Source: a virus (lineage: Duplodnaviria > Caudoviricetes). Taken from it: a stretch of 47,084 nt of DNA. A program made the translations under genes and the position numbers. The stretch's first letter is position 1; every line of letters begins with the position of its first letter. The DNA is taken from positions 1 to 47,084 of the IMG/VR virus record IMGVR_UViG_3300032373_000021. One strand, given 5' to 3'. The notes under the pieces are model-generated. The model was given only the letters and a program-made list of their open reading frames with translations, was not told the origin of the DNA and did no database searches. Below are positions 20,076 through 29,130 of this stretch, one piece after another.

Positions 20076-20681
20076 CTACGCTTTGCGTCGCCGAGGATAA
20101 TCTCTTGAATTCAGCTTCAACACAAGCCTTTCAATCGCTCGTCGATAGCGCCTAGCCATACTGTCATAGGTGATGCCGTGTGTATTTGTGATGCGGGCTA
20201 CCCTTGCCCACTGAACACGCTCTAACCCTTGGCCTTTTTGCGCGATTGCCGCGGCCACGATCTTTCGGTCCAAATCATTCTTGATCCACATGAACCATTG
20301 CAGCATATCGTGGAACTGGTCGATATGGTGTGGTGCCGCCCGCACGCTGTAGAATTCCTCTCGGTCTTTGCGGTAATCGTCGACGCCCCGCACCACTTCG
20401 GGATGGTTGGACTTGTAGCCGCGCAGGAACCTCTTTTCGTTGTCTGGTATCGCGCGTTCCGCCGCAATGCCGTTGATCAATACTTGCTCGACTTCTGCCC
20501 GCGTCCAAAGGAAATCATCAATCGTGATCACTTCCGGCGTTTTCAGTACATTTGGCCCGGTGGGCTCTACAAACACTCCCCTCGCTTCGTCTATGCCGCC
20601 GTATAAGGCTTCAAGCCATGCTTCCGCTTCGCCGGGTGCCAGCTGCCGACCTTTAGTCTCAATCTGGTTACTCATGTACAT
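20076..20681 (-). CDS. Late-gene regulator / antiterminator (DUF6362, GafA-C-like, Q position)
   Basis: WTRAEVEQVL...AIPD...MLQWFMWI...RKIV...W...RRYRRAI pattern; lies at the Q position upstream of promoter plus terminator. Confidence 0.7.
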   Translation of the reverse strand: MYMSNQIETKGRQLAPGEAEAWLEALYGGIDEARGVFVEPTGPNVLKTPEVITIDDFLWTRAEVEQVLINGIAAERAIPDNEKRFLRGYKSNHPEVVRGVDDYRKDREEFYSVRAAPHHIDQFHDMLQWFMWIKNDLDRKIVAAAIAQKGQGLERVQWARVARITNTHGITYDSMARRYRRAIERLVLKLNSRDYPRRRKA

Positions 20682-20769
20682 TACTGCCCCCTGTCGGTCC
20701 CTGTGCTGTGCTGGTGTCGGGCCAGCGGTTTACTGTTTTCGTTCGCCGCGGCCTCCTGCGAAGGTGCCG

Positions 20770-20925
20770 CTAGTCATTGTCTGATCTTTCTGGATGGACG
20801 ACGGTGTCGGAAATGTCAGTTTCAACAAGACGTTTCACCCAGCCAACAAACTGCCGGGCGAACACGCTAGCCGCCCCTAGAAACAGCCCCGCAACAATAG
20901 CAATCACCACGTAATATCCAATCAT
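20770..20925 (-). CDS. Small membrane protein (51 aa, not in ORF track)
   Basis: MIGYYVVIAIVAGLFLGAASVFARQF...; ATG overlaps the upstream stop. Confidence 0.55.
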   Translation of the reverse strand: MIGYYVVIAIVAGLFLGAASVFARQFVGWVKRLVETDISDTVVHPERSDND

Positions 20926-21191
20926 CACGCCCTCACTTCGATCAGAGGGTTAACGCGGCTTACGGTCCTGTATTCGTTTGGCTTGATAAAGCGATCGTCC
21001 GTGAGAATTTCAGGCCAGAGCCTACCGGGCGATGTGTGCAACATATTGCAAAGGTCGCTAAGGGTTACACCACCCGTGCTCTGCGTGGTCGCGGCCTTCA
21101 CTATTACGTAGGCCCTGTCGATCAGGCTGGTGTGCCTTGGTAGATCAAGTGTTAGCAGTGTCATGACGTCCCCCTTTTTCCAGTGCTTCAA
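20925..21191 (-). CDS. Hypothetical protein, possible HTH
   Basis: GVTLSDLCNMLHTS segment; part of a coupled early operon. Confidence 0.55.
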   Translation of the reverse strand: MKHWKKGDVMTLLTLDLPRHTSLIDRAYVIVKAATTQSTGGVTLSDLCNMLHTSPGRLWPEILTDDRFIKPNEYRTVSRVNPLIEVRA

Positions 21192-21459
21192 TCGCGTATT
21201 TCCATGCTCTGTAATGGCGATCGCTCAACAGGCGACGTAGTTCCGGGCCGTCTCCCTCGGTCCACCGTTTGCTAGCCTTAAGCGTCGCATCTATGGCCCT
21301 CGCAAAACGGCGCGGTATCTTCCTGTTGCATTCCTTGCATGTGCCTTTAGAAGCAATCACCGGCGCGGTGCACCCCTCAATAGGGCACTTATAGCGCGCC
21401 AGCCTGTTGCGGTACGGCGGCTCCACCATTTTGCGGTTTATGAAGGCGATATAGGGCAT
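21145..21459 (-). CDS. Hypothetical zinc-finger protein
   Basis: CPIEGC...CKEC; TAATG overlap with the upstream gene. Confidence 0.6.
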   Translation of the reverse strand: MPYIAFINRKMVEPPYRNRLARYKCPIEGCTAPVIASKGTCKECNRKIPRRFARAIDATLKASKRWTEGDGPELRRLLSDRHYRAWKYAIEALEKGGRHDTANT

Positions 21460-21815
21460 TAGGCCGCTGCCTTTTCGGCACATACCAAATTGATGAAGCG
21501 GAGCAAACGAGGGTTGTCTCGGTATATTTGTGCCCATGCCGTGGCCATTGTGCCTATGGTCCGTTCTTCCTTGTCAGTATCTTCAAGATGATAGGCCCAA
21601 TAAATCGCGTGGTTTATTTCATGCAGAAAGGTGTCCAGCAATTTTTGCGGTTTTAGCGATGTATCAACCCGTATTTCCTGCCGATAAGTGCTACATTCCC
21701 CGAACCGTTGCGCTTCAACGCCTTCCACCATCGTCCAAGGCCGAACTTCGAAGTCGAATGCCGCTACCCGGACAGACCGTGGCAACATCGATTGGTTCTT
21801 AGTTTCCTTAGTCAA
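21459..21815 (-). CDS. HExxH zincin-like protein
   Basis: FGEC...IRVD...DTFLHEINHAI...EE motif; TTG start overlapping the upstream stop. Confidence 0.75.
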   Translation of the reverse strand: MTKETKNQSMLPRSVRVAAFDFEVRPWTMVEGVEAQRFGECSTYRQEIRVDTSLKPQKLLDTFLHEINHAIYWAYHLEDTDKEERTIGTMATAWAQIYRDNPRLLRFINLVCAEKAAA

Positions 21816-22120
21816 GCCGCCTCTCCCTGTGTGAGTGGTTGGCCGCACGTTGGACAACAGCCATGAGGGAAACCGATATTAGTTACGCGGATTTGCCCCC
21901 CAACATATCGAAGGCCTTTTCTGGTGATTTCAATGGACCGCGCCCTGTTGGGGATTCGATAGATCATGTCGAGCGTTTCGAGGCCAACCACCAATCTTGC
22001 GATGCCCGATTTAGCTTTCAGCCCCATTTCTCGCCGCATTGTGTCGTAGGACGGGGTCACACCTGTTTCGCTGATGCGCTCGTGCATGAACTTCAGCAGC
22101 TTGTATTGCTTTTCGGTCAT
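21812..22120 (-). CDS. LexA DNA-binding-domain-only protein with C-terminal CPTC
   Basis: MTEKQYKLLKFMHERISETGVTPSYDTMRREMGLKAKSGIARLV...RIPNRARSIEI closely resembles the alphaproteobacterial LexA N-domain; no peptidase domain. Confidence 0.85.
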   Translation of the reverse strand: MTEKQYKLLKFMHERISETGVTPSYDTMRREMGLKAKSGIARLVVGLETLDMIYRIPNRARSIEITRKGLRYVGGQIRVTNIGFPHGCCPTCGQPLTQGEAA

Positions 22121-22923
22121 GCTGCCACCTCGGGGTACTGGTCCCAGATAATGCCGCCGAGGACCCTGCCCTTTGCCTTGATGGCCTTTTGGTTGCGCCC
22201 TGACCACTGTTTGAACAGGAACGGAACATCGGCTTGTATGCACTGGTCAGCGAGGCTTCTTGCCCACTCGTATTCCATATCGCGGCGTCTGCTATCGGGC
22301 GCGCTTTCTCCGCCGCAGATAACCCCGTGAAGCTCGCCCGAATTCAGGTGGTAGAACTGCCTACCAAACGGCGCAGGGTTTTCGACCCTCCTGAGGTCAA
22401 GCGGCCCCAATAGCGGCTCACACGATAGAAATCGCACTTTGGCTGGTGTGTCGATCAAATGAGGAAGGCGCATGCGGGCTTCCACTTGATTTTCAACCGT
22501 CGTACCCAGCCACACGTTCGGATAGCCATTGCCCCAATCGTCAGGCAAATATTTGTGAATGTTCTGCGGCCGCTTAGTCAAAAGCAGGAAGTCGAGGTTC
22601 GGACATTCACGGATCAGCGCCCACATGTCCTGGCGCCACTCCGGCAATATGCTTTTGTGGTTGTCAAATACGTCGGCTAGGGATGCCACAAAGACGCGAT
22701 GACGGCGGCCAATTGCCAATGCCTTACGGTTCCACACCTTTACTCTATTCCAATTGGCTTCTCTGGTGCGCTTTCTGTCTCCGTGAGGTCCCCATTTAAC
22801 TTGATTAAATCGGGCGGTTTGTCTCTCGGCGTAGCAGTTATCACAGGCCGAACTAATCTTGGTACATCCAAGCCATGGATTAAAAGTGTGATCCGTCCAC
22901 TCTATCTTGCTGTTTTCAGCCAT
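22117..22923 (-). CDS. Phage Gp37/Gp68 (DUF5131) radical-SAM-like protein
   Basis: SKIEWTDHTFNPWLGCTKISSACDNCYAE, LLTKRP, FLSCEPLLG and FLFKQW motifs. Confidence 0.92.
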   Translation of the reverse strand: MAENSKIEWTDHTFNPWLGCTKISSACDNCYAERQTARFNQVKWGPHGDRKRTREANWNRVKVWNRKALAIGRRHRVFVASLADVFDNHKSILPEWRQDMWALIRECPNLDFLLLTKRPQNIHKYLPDDWGNGYPNVWLGTTVENQVEARMRLPHLIDTPAKVRFLSCEPLLGPLDLRRVENPAPFGRQFYHLNSGELHGVICGGESAPDSRRRDMEYEWARSLADQCIQADVPFLFKQWSGRNQKAIKAKGRVLGGIIWDQYPEVAA

Positions 22924-23261
22924 TATGCGACCTCCCTATGAGCGATGTGATGCGTGTGACGAGCCGGCAGTGTGGGCAAAAGGTCGTTGACCGCCGCATA
23001 AACCTCGACTGAGCGCCATACACTTGATGGTTCCCTAGACGCCCATTGCAGGATGATTGCCCCCACTCTGCCGGTTTCTCTGGTGATGCCGATGTACAGC
23101 CCGTCCTGTTGCGGCCAGGTCTTGCTGTCTTTGAAGTCGAACGTAGGCCAGCATTGGTCCAGCTGCTCGCGGAATATCTGTTGCCGCAGATCATGGGCAC
23201 CTGATGGATCAATGAACACTTCAAGCACTTGCTGGTCGCTTATGGGGGTTGGATCGTTCAT
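22923..23261 (-). CDS. Hypothetical protein
   Basis: Coupled to both neighbours; GGAGG RBS. Confidence 0.55.
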   Translation of the reverse strand: MNDPTPISDQQVLEVFIDPSGAHDLRQQIFREQLDQCWPTFDFKDSKTWPQQDGLYIGITRETGRVGAIILQWASREPSSVWRSVEVYAAVNDLLPTLPARHTHHIAHREVA

Positions 23262-24184
23262 GCCGCAGCCTCCAAAATGTCTTGAGGGCACTCGGATAGT
23301 TCCATCGGGTTATCTAGATTTCGGGGCCATCGGCCATTTGCCTTTTTGAAGTCTGCGGCGTCACGCCATTTTAGGCGCAGCTGCTCTTCCGGAGTTTGAT
23401 AATCCGGCTGGCTGGGTAAGGCTTGCACGCTGCTGCCGTTGTTGTCGTACTGCCCCTCGAGGAATTTGTTGAACTTCGATGGCTCCAAGAAGAAATCCAA
23501 GTTTGCTTTCCAATCGGTTTTTTTGCCAGTTAGGAATTCCGACTTAGCAGCTTTCCACATCGCTTCACGCCAACCATCCAAGCCACCAACGTCCTGCAAG
23601 CGGTCTTTTATTCGCTTCTTTCGGCCAGCGTCGAGCTTTCGAACATCGGTACACCCAGCAGCAACAGCGATAGTTTTGTAGGCCTCAAGGGCCAGAGCAA
23701 TTTCGTCTTGTTGTTTAGGTTCCGAAAATCCTAATTCGTAATCACTACTACCCTTGTTCCTTTCCTTTCCTTTCCTTTCCTTTCCTTGCGGCACGCGTTG
23801 TTCACGCGTAACCCACGCGTCGTCCACGCGATACAACTCATTGTTTTCGTTAGGGATTGGGAGATTTGATGATTTTTCTTTTCCGTTAATTGCTTGATGA
23901 TCTGCAAATGCTGGAACGTGCCCATATTCGACGCCATTTACGACGTATTTTCTAACGAAATCACGCGTGGCTAACGCGTGAAGCACGCGTGAAAAATCAA
24001 CTTCGTCGTATGGAAGTGCATCAACTTTTATCTGCCGCGGTATCCATTCGAAACGCCCTTCCCGGTCACAAACGGTCCATATCCCTGCGAACGCCAATCT
24101 CAGCGGCAGGCCGGTCTCTACCTCCAGTTCAAATAGCTTCAGGTTCTTAAAGAACTCGGGCTTGATGGTCCTAATTCTACCCAT
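23258..24184 (-). CDS. Phage replication initiator (O-like)
   Basis: MGRIRTIKPEFF N-terminus, GKERKGKE linker, WKANLDFFL...KFLEGQYD C-domain; contains iterons. Confidence 0.85.
   Translation of the reverse strand: MGRIRTIKPEFFKNLKLFELEVETGLPLRLAFAGIWTVCDREGRFEWIPRQIKVDALPYDEVDFSRVLHALATRDFVRKYVVNGVEYGHVPAFADHQAINGKEKSSNLPIPNENNELYRVDDAWVTREQRVPQGKERKGKERNKGSSDYELGFSEPKQQDEIALALEAYKTIAVAAGCTDVRKLDAGRKKRIKDRLQDVGGLDGWREAMWKAAKSEFLTGKKTDWKANLDFFLEPSKFNKFLEGQYDNNGSSVQALPSQPDYQTPEEQLRLKWRDAADFKKANGRWPRNLDNPMELSECPQDILEAAA
23757..23785. repeat. (TTTCC)n pentamer repeat, about 6 copies
   Basis: Directly visible; encodes the GKERKGKERN linker. Confidence 0.9.
23792..23990. promoter_or_regulatory. 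Putative phage replication origin: two iteron arrays
   Basis: CACGCG(T/A) at 23792, 23803, 23814, 23825 and (C/A)ACGCGT at 23962, 23973, 23984, each with exact 11-bp period, flanking an AT-rich tract. Confidence 0.75.
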
Positions 24185-25682
24185 TGAATAGTTCCTCTTG
24201 AGGGTTAGGGTCGTTGAAGTAATTCGTCGCCATGACCGCGTTGATATGGATGGTTTTCTTGGGGCCGTGGCGGTTCTTGCCAAGGATGAGTTCGAGCCGC
24301 CCAGAGACGCGGTCCATCTTGGCTTGCCACTCCACGTGATCTGACGTGCCCTTCATTGGTTCTTCTTCGCCGAGGTAATATTCTTCCCTGTAGACGAAAA
24401 TAATAACTGCGGCGTCCTGCTCGATCGCCCCTGATTGGCGAAGGTCTGATTTTTTCGGGCGCTTATTGGTCCGGCTCTTGTCCATCCGGCTTAACTGTGA
24501 GAGCGCCACGACAGGAACCCGCAATTCTTTTGCAAGAGCCAGCAGTGCATTCGAAACCTTGGTGACTTCCTCGAAAAGGCCATTGCATTTTTCATCCGCT
24601 TTTAGCTGCTGTAGATAGTCAACGACTATGAAACCAAGCTTCAGGCCGCGGCGCTCGAAGTCACGTTGGGCGCGCTTGGCTATCATACGAATACGGGACG
24701 GGGTCAAACCGCTCTGGTCAATCCACGTAATTGGCACGCCTTCAACTCGCTCACGGGCGGCGTTTACCCATTCAGCTTCCAAATCATTGTATTTGCCGTC
24801 TTGAATTCGGAAGTATTCTACGGAGCGCTGGTGCTCCACGTTGATCTCGGCACTAATCGCTCGATAGATATTTTCCTCAGCATCCATTTCCTGAGATATG
24901 AACAAACCTCCAACTGGCTCAGGCGCCGCACCTGGTGTCTTTTGTCCGCGTGCCGCAGCGAACGCTATATGATTTGCGAGCCCTGACTTACCCATACTGG
25001 TATCACCAGCCAGCACATAGAGCGTCGAGGGCTTGAGGCCCCCTGTGGCCTTGTCAAGGCTGTGAATGCCAGTCGTAAGGCCAACAATGCCGCTGTGCTT
25101 GCGCGCCTCATCAATCCGGGCGAACGCGTCTCTTGTGGCGGTAACTGTGTCCCTAATGGTCTGGTGACCTTTGGACGCCTCTCTGTGCAAGCCGTGCATC
25201 GCGGTTTCAACGGTTTCGACGATATCCATAGCTTTTGTATCAATAGGCGCGTCGTAGGCGTCATTCACAGCCCCCTCGCACGCAATTATCACCGAACGGC
25301 GCATAGCTAGATCGCGAATGGTACCCGCATAATCCTCTGCATTTATTATAGTAGCCGCCGAAGCGGCTAGTCTGACCAGATATGCCGCGTCACCAAGATC
25401 AACTAACGCCGCGTGACCTTTGAAATATGGTCCGAGTTTTACTGGCGTCGCCTCCTGGTTCTGATCATCAAGCTTGCAAATGTGCTCGTAGATTTCACCG
25501 TGAACAGGCTCATAAAACATTTCCGGCTCAAGGACGTGTCGGACTTTTAAGAGTACATCCCTGCTGTTTACCAAGAGTGAGCCCAACAACGCCTGCTCCG
25601 CCTCCAAGTTGCAGGGGGGCTCCCTGAAGTCCTCCTTTGGTCCTAAACCGTCCATTAGGTGGAAGCGCTGATCATCCATCAC
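24177..25682 (-). CDS. dnaB: Replicative DNA helicase, DnaB family (phage)
   Basis: NLEAEQALLG, Walker A AGDTSMGKS, VVDYLQ, ALSQLSR, DLRQSGAIEQDA and KNRHG motifs. Confidence 0.95.
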   Translation of the reverse strand: MMDDQRFHLMDGLGPKEDFREPPCNLEAEQALLGSLLVNSRDVLLKVRHVLEPEMFYEPVHGEIYEHICKLDDQNQEATPVKLGPYFKGHAALVDLGDAAYLVRLAASAATIINAEDYAGTIRDLAMRRSVIIACEGAVNDAYDAPIDTKAMDIVETVETAMHGLHREASKGHQTIRDTVTATRDAFARIDEARKHSGIVGLTTGIHSLDKATGGLKPSTLYVLAGDTSMGKSGLANHIAFAAARGQKTPGAAPEPVGGLFISQEMDAEENIYRAISAEINVEHQRSVEYFRIQDGKYNDLEAEWVNAARERVEGVPITWIDQSGLTPSRIRMIAKRAQRDFERRGLKLGFIVVDYLQQLKADEKCNGLFEEVTKVSNALLALAKELRVPVVALSQLSRMDKSRTNKRPKKSDLRQSGAIEQDAAVIIFVYREEYYLGEEEPMKGTSDHVEWQAKMDRVSGRLELILGKNRHGPKKTIHINAVMATNYFNDPNPQEELFNG

Positions 25683-25959
25683 TCGGCACCTCTCTCACAA
25701 AAGACGTCAAGTGTTATCCTTGGAAGACAGCGAGTAAGAAGCCGATGAAAATAACTGTTCGAACTTACATAAAAATTCCTATTGTAGGTGACTGGTTCAA
25801 CGTTATTGATTGAAGGAATTGACCAGTGAAGAAGCCCAACAAACCAACCAACTCCGTCACCACCCCTGCCCTGATTGTCATATTGATGTTCGCCGTCTAC
25901 GGACGGGATATTGATTTTGCCGCCGTTTTGGCACTCATTCAGGCGTGGCGAAAGTGATG

Positions 25960-27186
25960 TCATGCCGCGCCCTCAAAATCGAAAAGGGGCCCTGCGTCGG
26001 CAGTGGATTTTTGAACCCCTTGAGCCTGGCACAAATTATTTCTGAGCCTCGCTGCTGCTATCTCAGCGTACTCAGGGTTAAGCTCAATCAGGATGGATGT
26101 GCGGCCAAGGTTCTTTGCGGCCAGCGCTGTGGTGCCCGCCCCGCCGAACGGGTCTAAAACGGTGCCACCAGATGGGCAACCTGCGGCGATACAGCGCCGC
26201 GCCAGTTCTTCGGGGAATGTGGCGAAGTGTGCGCCCTTAAACGACTGGGTAGGTATCTCCCAAACTTCAAATCTTGCTGGCTCATAATTTTTCAGGTGGC
26301 GACCATTTTCTTGCTGTTCTTTACGGTCCATTTGGTCCCAACGGTCGTTAAATCCAGCATGGCGGCGGCCGTGGCCGCGTTGTTTATCTTTCTTGGGACC
26401 ACCCACAGCTTTCATGTTGCCATTAGTTTTATCCCCGGCATGCGCGCGGTCACTACCATTCTGATTTTCAATGTCCTGTTTCCACCTCGCTATGCTGCTC
26501 GGCGCCGCTGAACGCCTAACAGTTGTTGGGTCATATGCGTACCGCGCGGACTTGGTGAACAAATATATTTTTTCATGTGCTGTAGCGGGGCGGTCTTTGA
26601 TGCTTTCAGGCATAGGGTTCGGCTTGGCCCAGATGATTTCAGACCGCACCCACCAACCCCACTCTTGCATGGCAATAGCAAAGCGATTAGGCACCATGCA
26701 CAGGTCTTTCGGCTTCATATAGCCACCAGCGCGAATCCGGCCCTGCGGCTTACTATAATGGTCGCCAACCCTAGGCCGCTCGACATTCCGTTGACGGTTG
26801 CGGTTTGCGCCGACACTGTTGCTATCGTCATAGACTGGGCCAACTGTGCTGAATGGCTTGTCACGAAAGGTGCGATCATCACCACCCGCCGCCTTGGTAT
26901 CTACCGCGCTTCGCCCATTAGGGCTGGTGGCATAACAGTCACCATAGTTCACCCAACAGGTGCCAGTGGGTTTCAATACCCGCCAAACCTCGGCAAACAC
27001 GCCAACCATCACGTCAAGATGTTCACCAAGTGTTGGTTCAAGGCCTAGTTGCCCATCAACACCGTAATCGCGCAGGCCCCAATAGGGCGGGCTGGTTACA
27101 ACACAATCAATGCTGCCGTCCGCTATCAAGGCAAGCTGTTCGCGCACGTCACCAACCATGATTGTGGTATCAATGGCATTGCTCAC
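25960..27186 (-). CDS. DNA methyltransferase, N4/N6 (beta class)
   Basis: VTSPPYWG catalytic motif before HFATFP and VLDPFGGAGTT (SAM binding). Confidence 0.95.
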   Translation of the reverse strand: MSNAIDTTIMVGDVREQLALIADGSIDCVVTSPPYWGLRDYGVDGQLGLEPTLGEHLDVMVGVFAEVWRVLKPTGTCWVNYGDCYATSPNGRSAVDTKAAGGDDRTFRDKPFSTVGPVYDDSNSVGANRNRQRNVERPRVGDHYSKPQGRIRAGGYMKPKDLCMVPNRFAIAMQEWGWWVRSEIIWAKPNPMPESIKDRPATAHEKIYLFTKSARYAYDPTTVRRSAAPSSIARWKQDIENQNGSDRAHAGDKTNGNMKAVGGPKKDKQRGHGRRHAGFNDRWDQMDRKEQQENGRHLKNYEPARFEVWEIPTQSFKGAHFATFPEELARRCIAAGCPSGGTVLDPFGGAGTTALAAKNLGRTSILIELNPEYAEIAAARLRNNLCQAQGVQKSTADAGPLFDFEGAA

Positions 27187-27509
27187 GCCGCCACCCTCTT
27201 TTCAATGAACTCTTCACGGTAAACCTCAAGCCCCATGTTCATAATCTCAAATCTAAGGGCGCGCTCGGTGATGCGGCGCTTCTTGGCCTCAGCCTTAAAG
27301 TCGAAGTCGGGTCTGGTCCTAAAGCCGGAACCAATGATAGACTTTATGCCGTTTCTACCCTTGAGCTCGATATGCAGCCGGTGAGCTTTGCCCACTACCG
27401 CGTCCTTACTGAAACCAAGAGCTTTTCCGATGCGGATTGATGAACAGCCGTCGTCAGCCATAAGGCGCAAGGTGGCTATTTTTTCTTTTGTCCAAGGGGA
27501 TTCGTTCAT
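27183..27509 (-). CDS. GcrA-family protein (N-domain)
   Basis: WTKEKIATLRLMADDGCSSIRIGKALGFSKDAVVGKAHRL matches the GcrA N-terminal HTH. Confidence 0.85.
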   Translation of the reverse strand: MNESPWTKEKIATLRLMADDGCSSIRIGKALGFSKDAVVGKAHRLHIELKGRNGIKSIIGSGFRTRPDFDFKAEAKKRRITERALRFEIMNMGLEVYREEFIEKRVAA

Positions 27510-28030
27510 GATGCCCTCTTTGCCAGTAAGGCGTGCTTGGCCCAATCGGGTTCAATTTCTAAGGTATAAGCCGTATAGTCGAGGATGCCGAAAGCGTCGG
27601 CTTCATCCTGATTTCGGGGTTCGATGCCTCGAGCGACGCACTCGTCCATAGTTCTTCGTTGCGCTAATTCACGCTTTAGGTTCCCACTGCCTATGAAATG
27701 CCTACGCCAATCTCGGACAACTGCTTCAGTGCAATAAATGTCTCTTTTCGTGCATAGATATTCAATGAAACCAGCTAGCGACATTAGTTTGCGCGCGGTG
27801 TTCTGATTGGTTTTTGCTCCCACCCAAGGAACTTCAAACGCTGCGATGTTTATCTTGTGCATGATGCACATATCGTCAAACCAACGTTCAAACTTGGCGA
27901 GGAACAAGCCGATGTCTTCGCCAGTATTTGGGAGTGTATTTCTCCCCAACAACGGCGGTGAACCGGGCACCCAAACAGCGAACCCGGTTTTTAACGAGGC
28001 CTGGTCTAATATGAGCAAGCGCTTTGTCAT
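27506..28030 (-). CDS. RuvC-like Holliday junction resolvase
   Basis: LILD...TGFA, AFE, WRRHFIG and DEADAFGI catalytic motifs. Confidence 0.8.
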   Translation of the reverse strand: MTKRLLILDQASLKTGFAVWVPGSPPLLGRNTLPNTGEDIGLFLAKFERWFDDMCIMHKINIAAFEVPWVGAKTNQNTARKLMSLAGFIEYLCTKRDIYCTEAVVRDWRRHFIGSGNLKRELAQRRTMDECVARGIEPRNQDEADAFGILDYTAYTLEIEPDWAKHALLAKRAS

Positions 28031-28031
28031 G

Positions 28032-28421
28032 CTATGCGGCCTTAGCGAGTGCGGGCTGCTCGTTAAGCACTGCCTGCCCTAGTGGCAGTGCAGCAAGGCC
28101 ACCCAAGGCATGGCGAACCTGATCGAAACTTTCTTTGTGATCGTCGTTGAGCTTTGTACGAATATCCAAGACTTTGTTTGAAAGTCGGCGCTCACGGATA
28201 ACGGCTGCCAAAACAGACTTTGTTACACCGCAACGATCGCAAGCCTCTTCTTTTACGTCATTCATGTCCTGACGCTTAGGGGCACAGGATCCTTTGGCCT
28301 CGTCCATAGTATTGTCAATATCACCTTGGATGTTATCGATGCGATCCAGATAGACTTTCAATTTTTCGCCGTCGTAGCCGTTGTGGCCTGGCTTCGGCGT
28401 TTGACTTAGTTTCTTTGCCAT
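28032..28421 (-). CDS. GapR/DUF2312-like DNA-binding protein
   Basis: KLKVYLDRIDNI...DMNDVKEEA...GVTKSVLAAVIRER...LPLG pattern. Confidence 0.65.
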   Translation of the reverse strand: MAKKLSQTPKPGHNGYDGEKLKVYLDRIDNIQGDIDNTMDEAKGSCAPKRQDMNDVKEEACDRCGVTKSVLAAVIRERRLSNKVLDIRTKLNDDHKESFDQVRHALGGLAALPLGQAVLNEQPALAKAA

Positions 28422-28450
28422 TGTCGGTTTCCTTTCAGGTTTGTCGGTGG

Positions 28451-28957
28451 TTACTCTGCGGCTGCCATTGGCCGCTTCTCGTTGTTGAGTTCGTTTTCGA
28501 TGTCCGCCTTCAATTGCTCCAAGACCGTGATGGCCTCAGAAACTTCTTTGTGGATTTGAGAGTTCTCTTGACGCGTGCGCCCTGCCCCGTTCGGTGAGTC
28601 GGGCTTGCTGGCTTTTGCATAAGCGCCGCCAATATCTCCGACCTCCTTCATCACCATGGAAAGGCGAATATCGATGCCAACAGAGCTTCGGTTTGAACTT
28701 CCCATTGCGGCGATGTGACTGCGGGTTTCGCTTTTAAGAGCGGCGGCAAGGATGGTGAAGCCGTGATCGGTATAAAGAGCGGCATCAATGCGAGCAGCGT
28801 CTTTCACGCTTACCTGCGTGGGATGGAACGGGTTCATGGCCTTTTCAAAAGCCCATCTGGTTTTTCCGGTGACCGCTTCAAGCCTGTCAGGATTGAGCGC
28901 GTTGACCGCTTGCTGTAGCGCTGCTTCGACTGATCCCGGTTCCCGCCTATATGTCAT
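28451..28957 (-). CDS. CII-like regulatory protein
   Basis: Position directly after cro; helical with KEVGD motif. Confidence 0.6.
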   Translation of the reverse strand: MTYRREPGSVEAALQQAVNALNPDRLEAVTGKTRWAFEKAMNPFHPTQVSVKDAARIDAALYTDHGFTILAAALKSETRSHIAAMGSSNRSSVGIDIRLSMVMKEVGDIGGAYAKASKPDSPNGAGRTRQENSQIHKEVSEAITVLEQLKADIENELNNEKRPMAAAE

Positions 28958-29130
28958 TCCGTTTCAACTCCCCTGTATCGGACTGGTGTTTCTTGAGCTT
29001 TTGGCCCAGCTTCCTATGTGTCGGTGCGACTTACTGCCCCGTTAGTCGTTGGTTCCTTGGGCCGGGCCCGCTGTTGGCTACTCCATACTCAGCGAGCCCG
29101 GTTTCCGTCCCCTTGCGAGAGGAGAACGAA

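Noticed and set aside
23731-23937. Frameshift or phase variation at the (TTTCC)n repeat
   Set aside because: The initiator ORF is intact through the repeat, and such Lys/Glu/Gly/Arg linkers are common in phage initiators.
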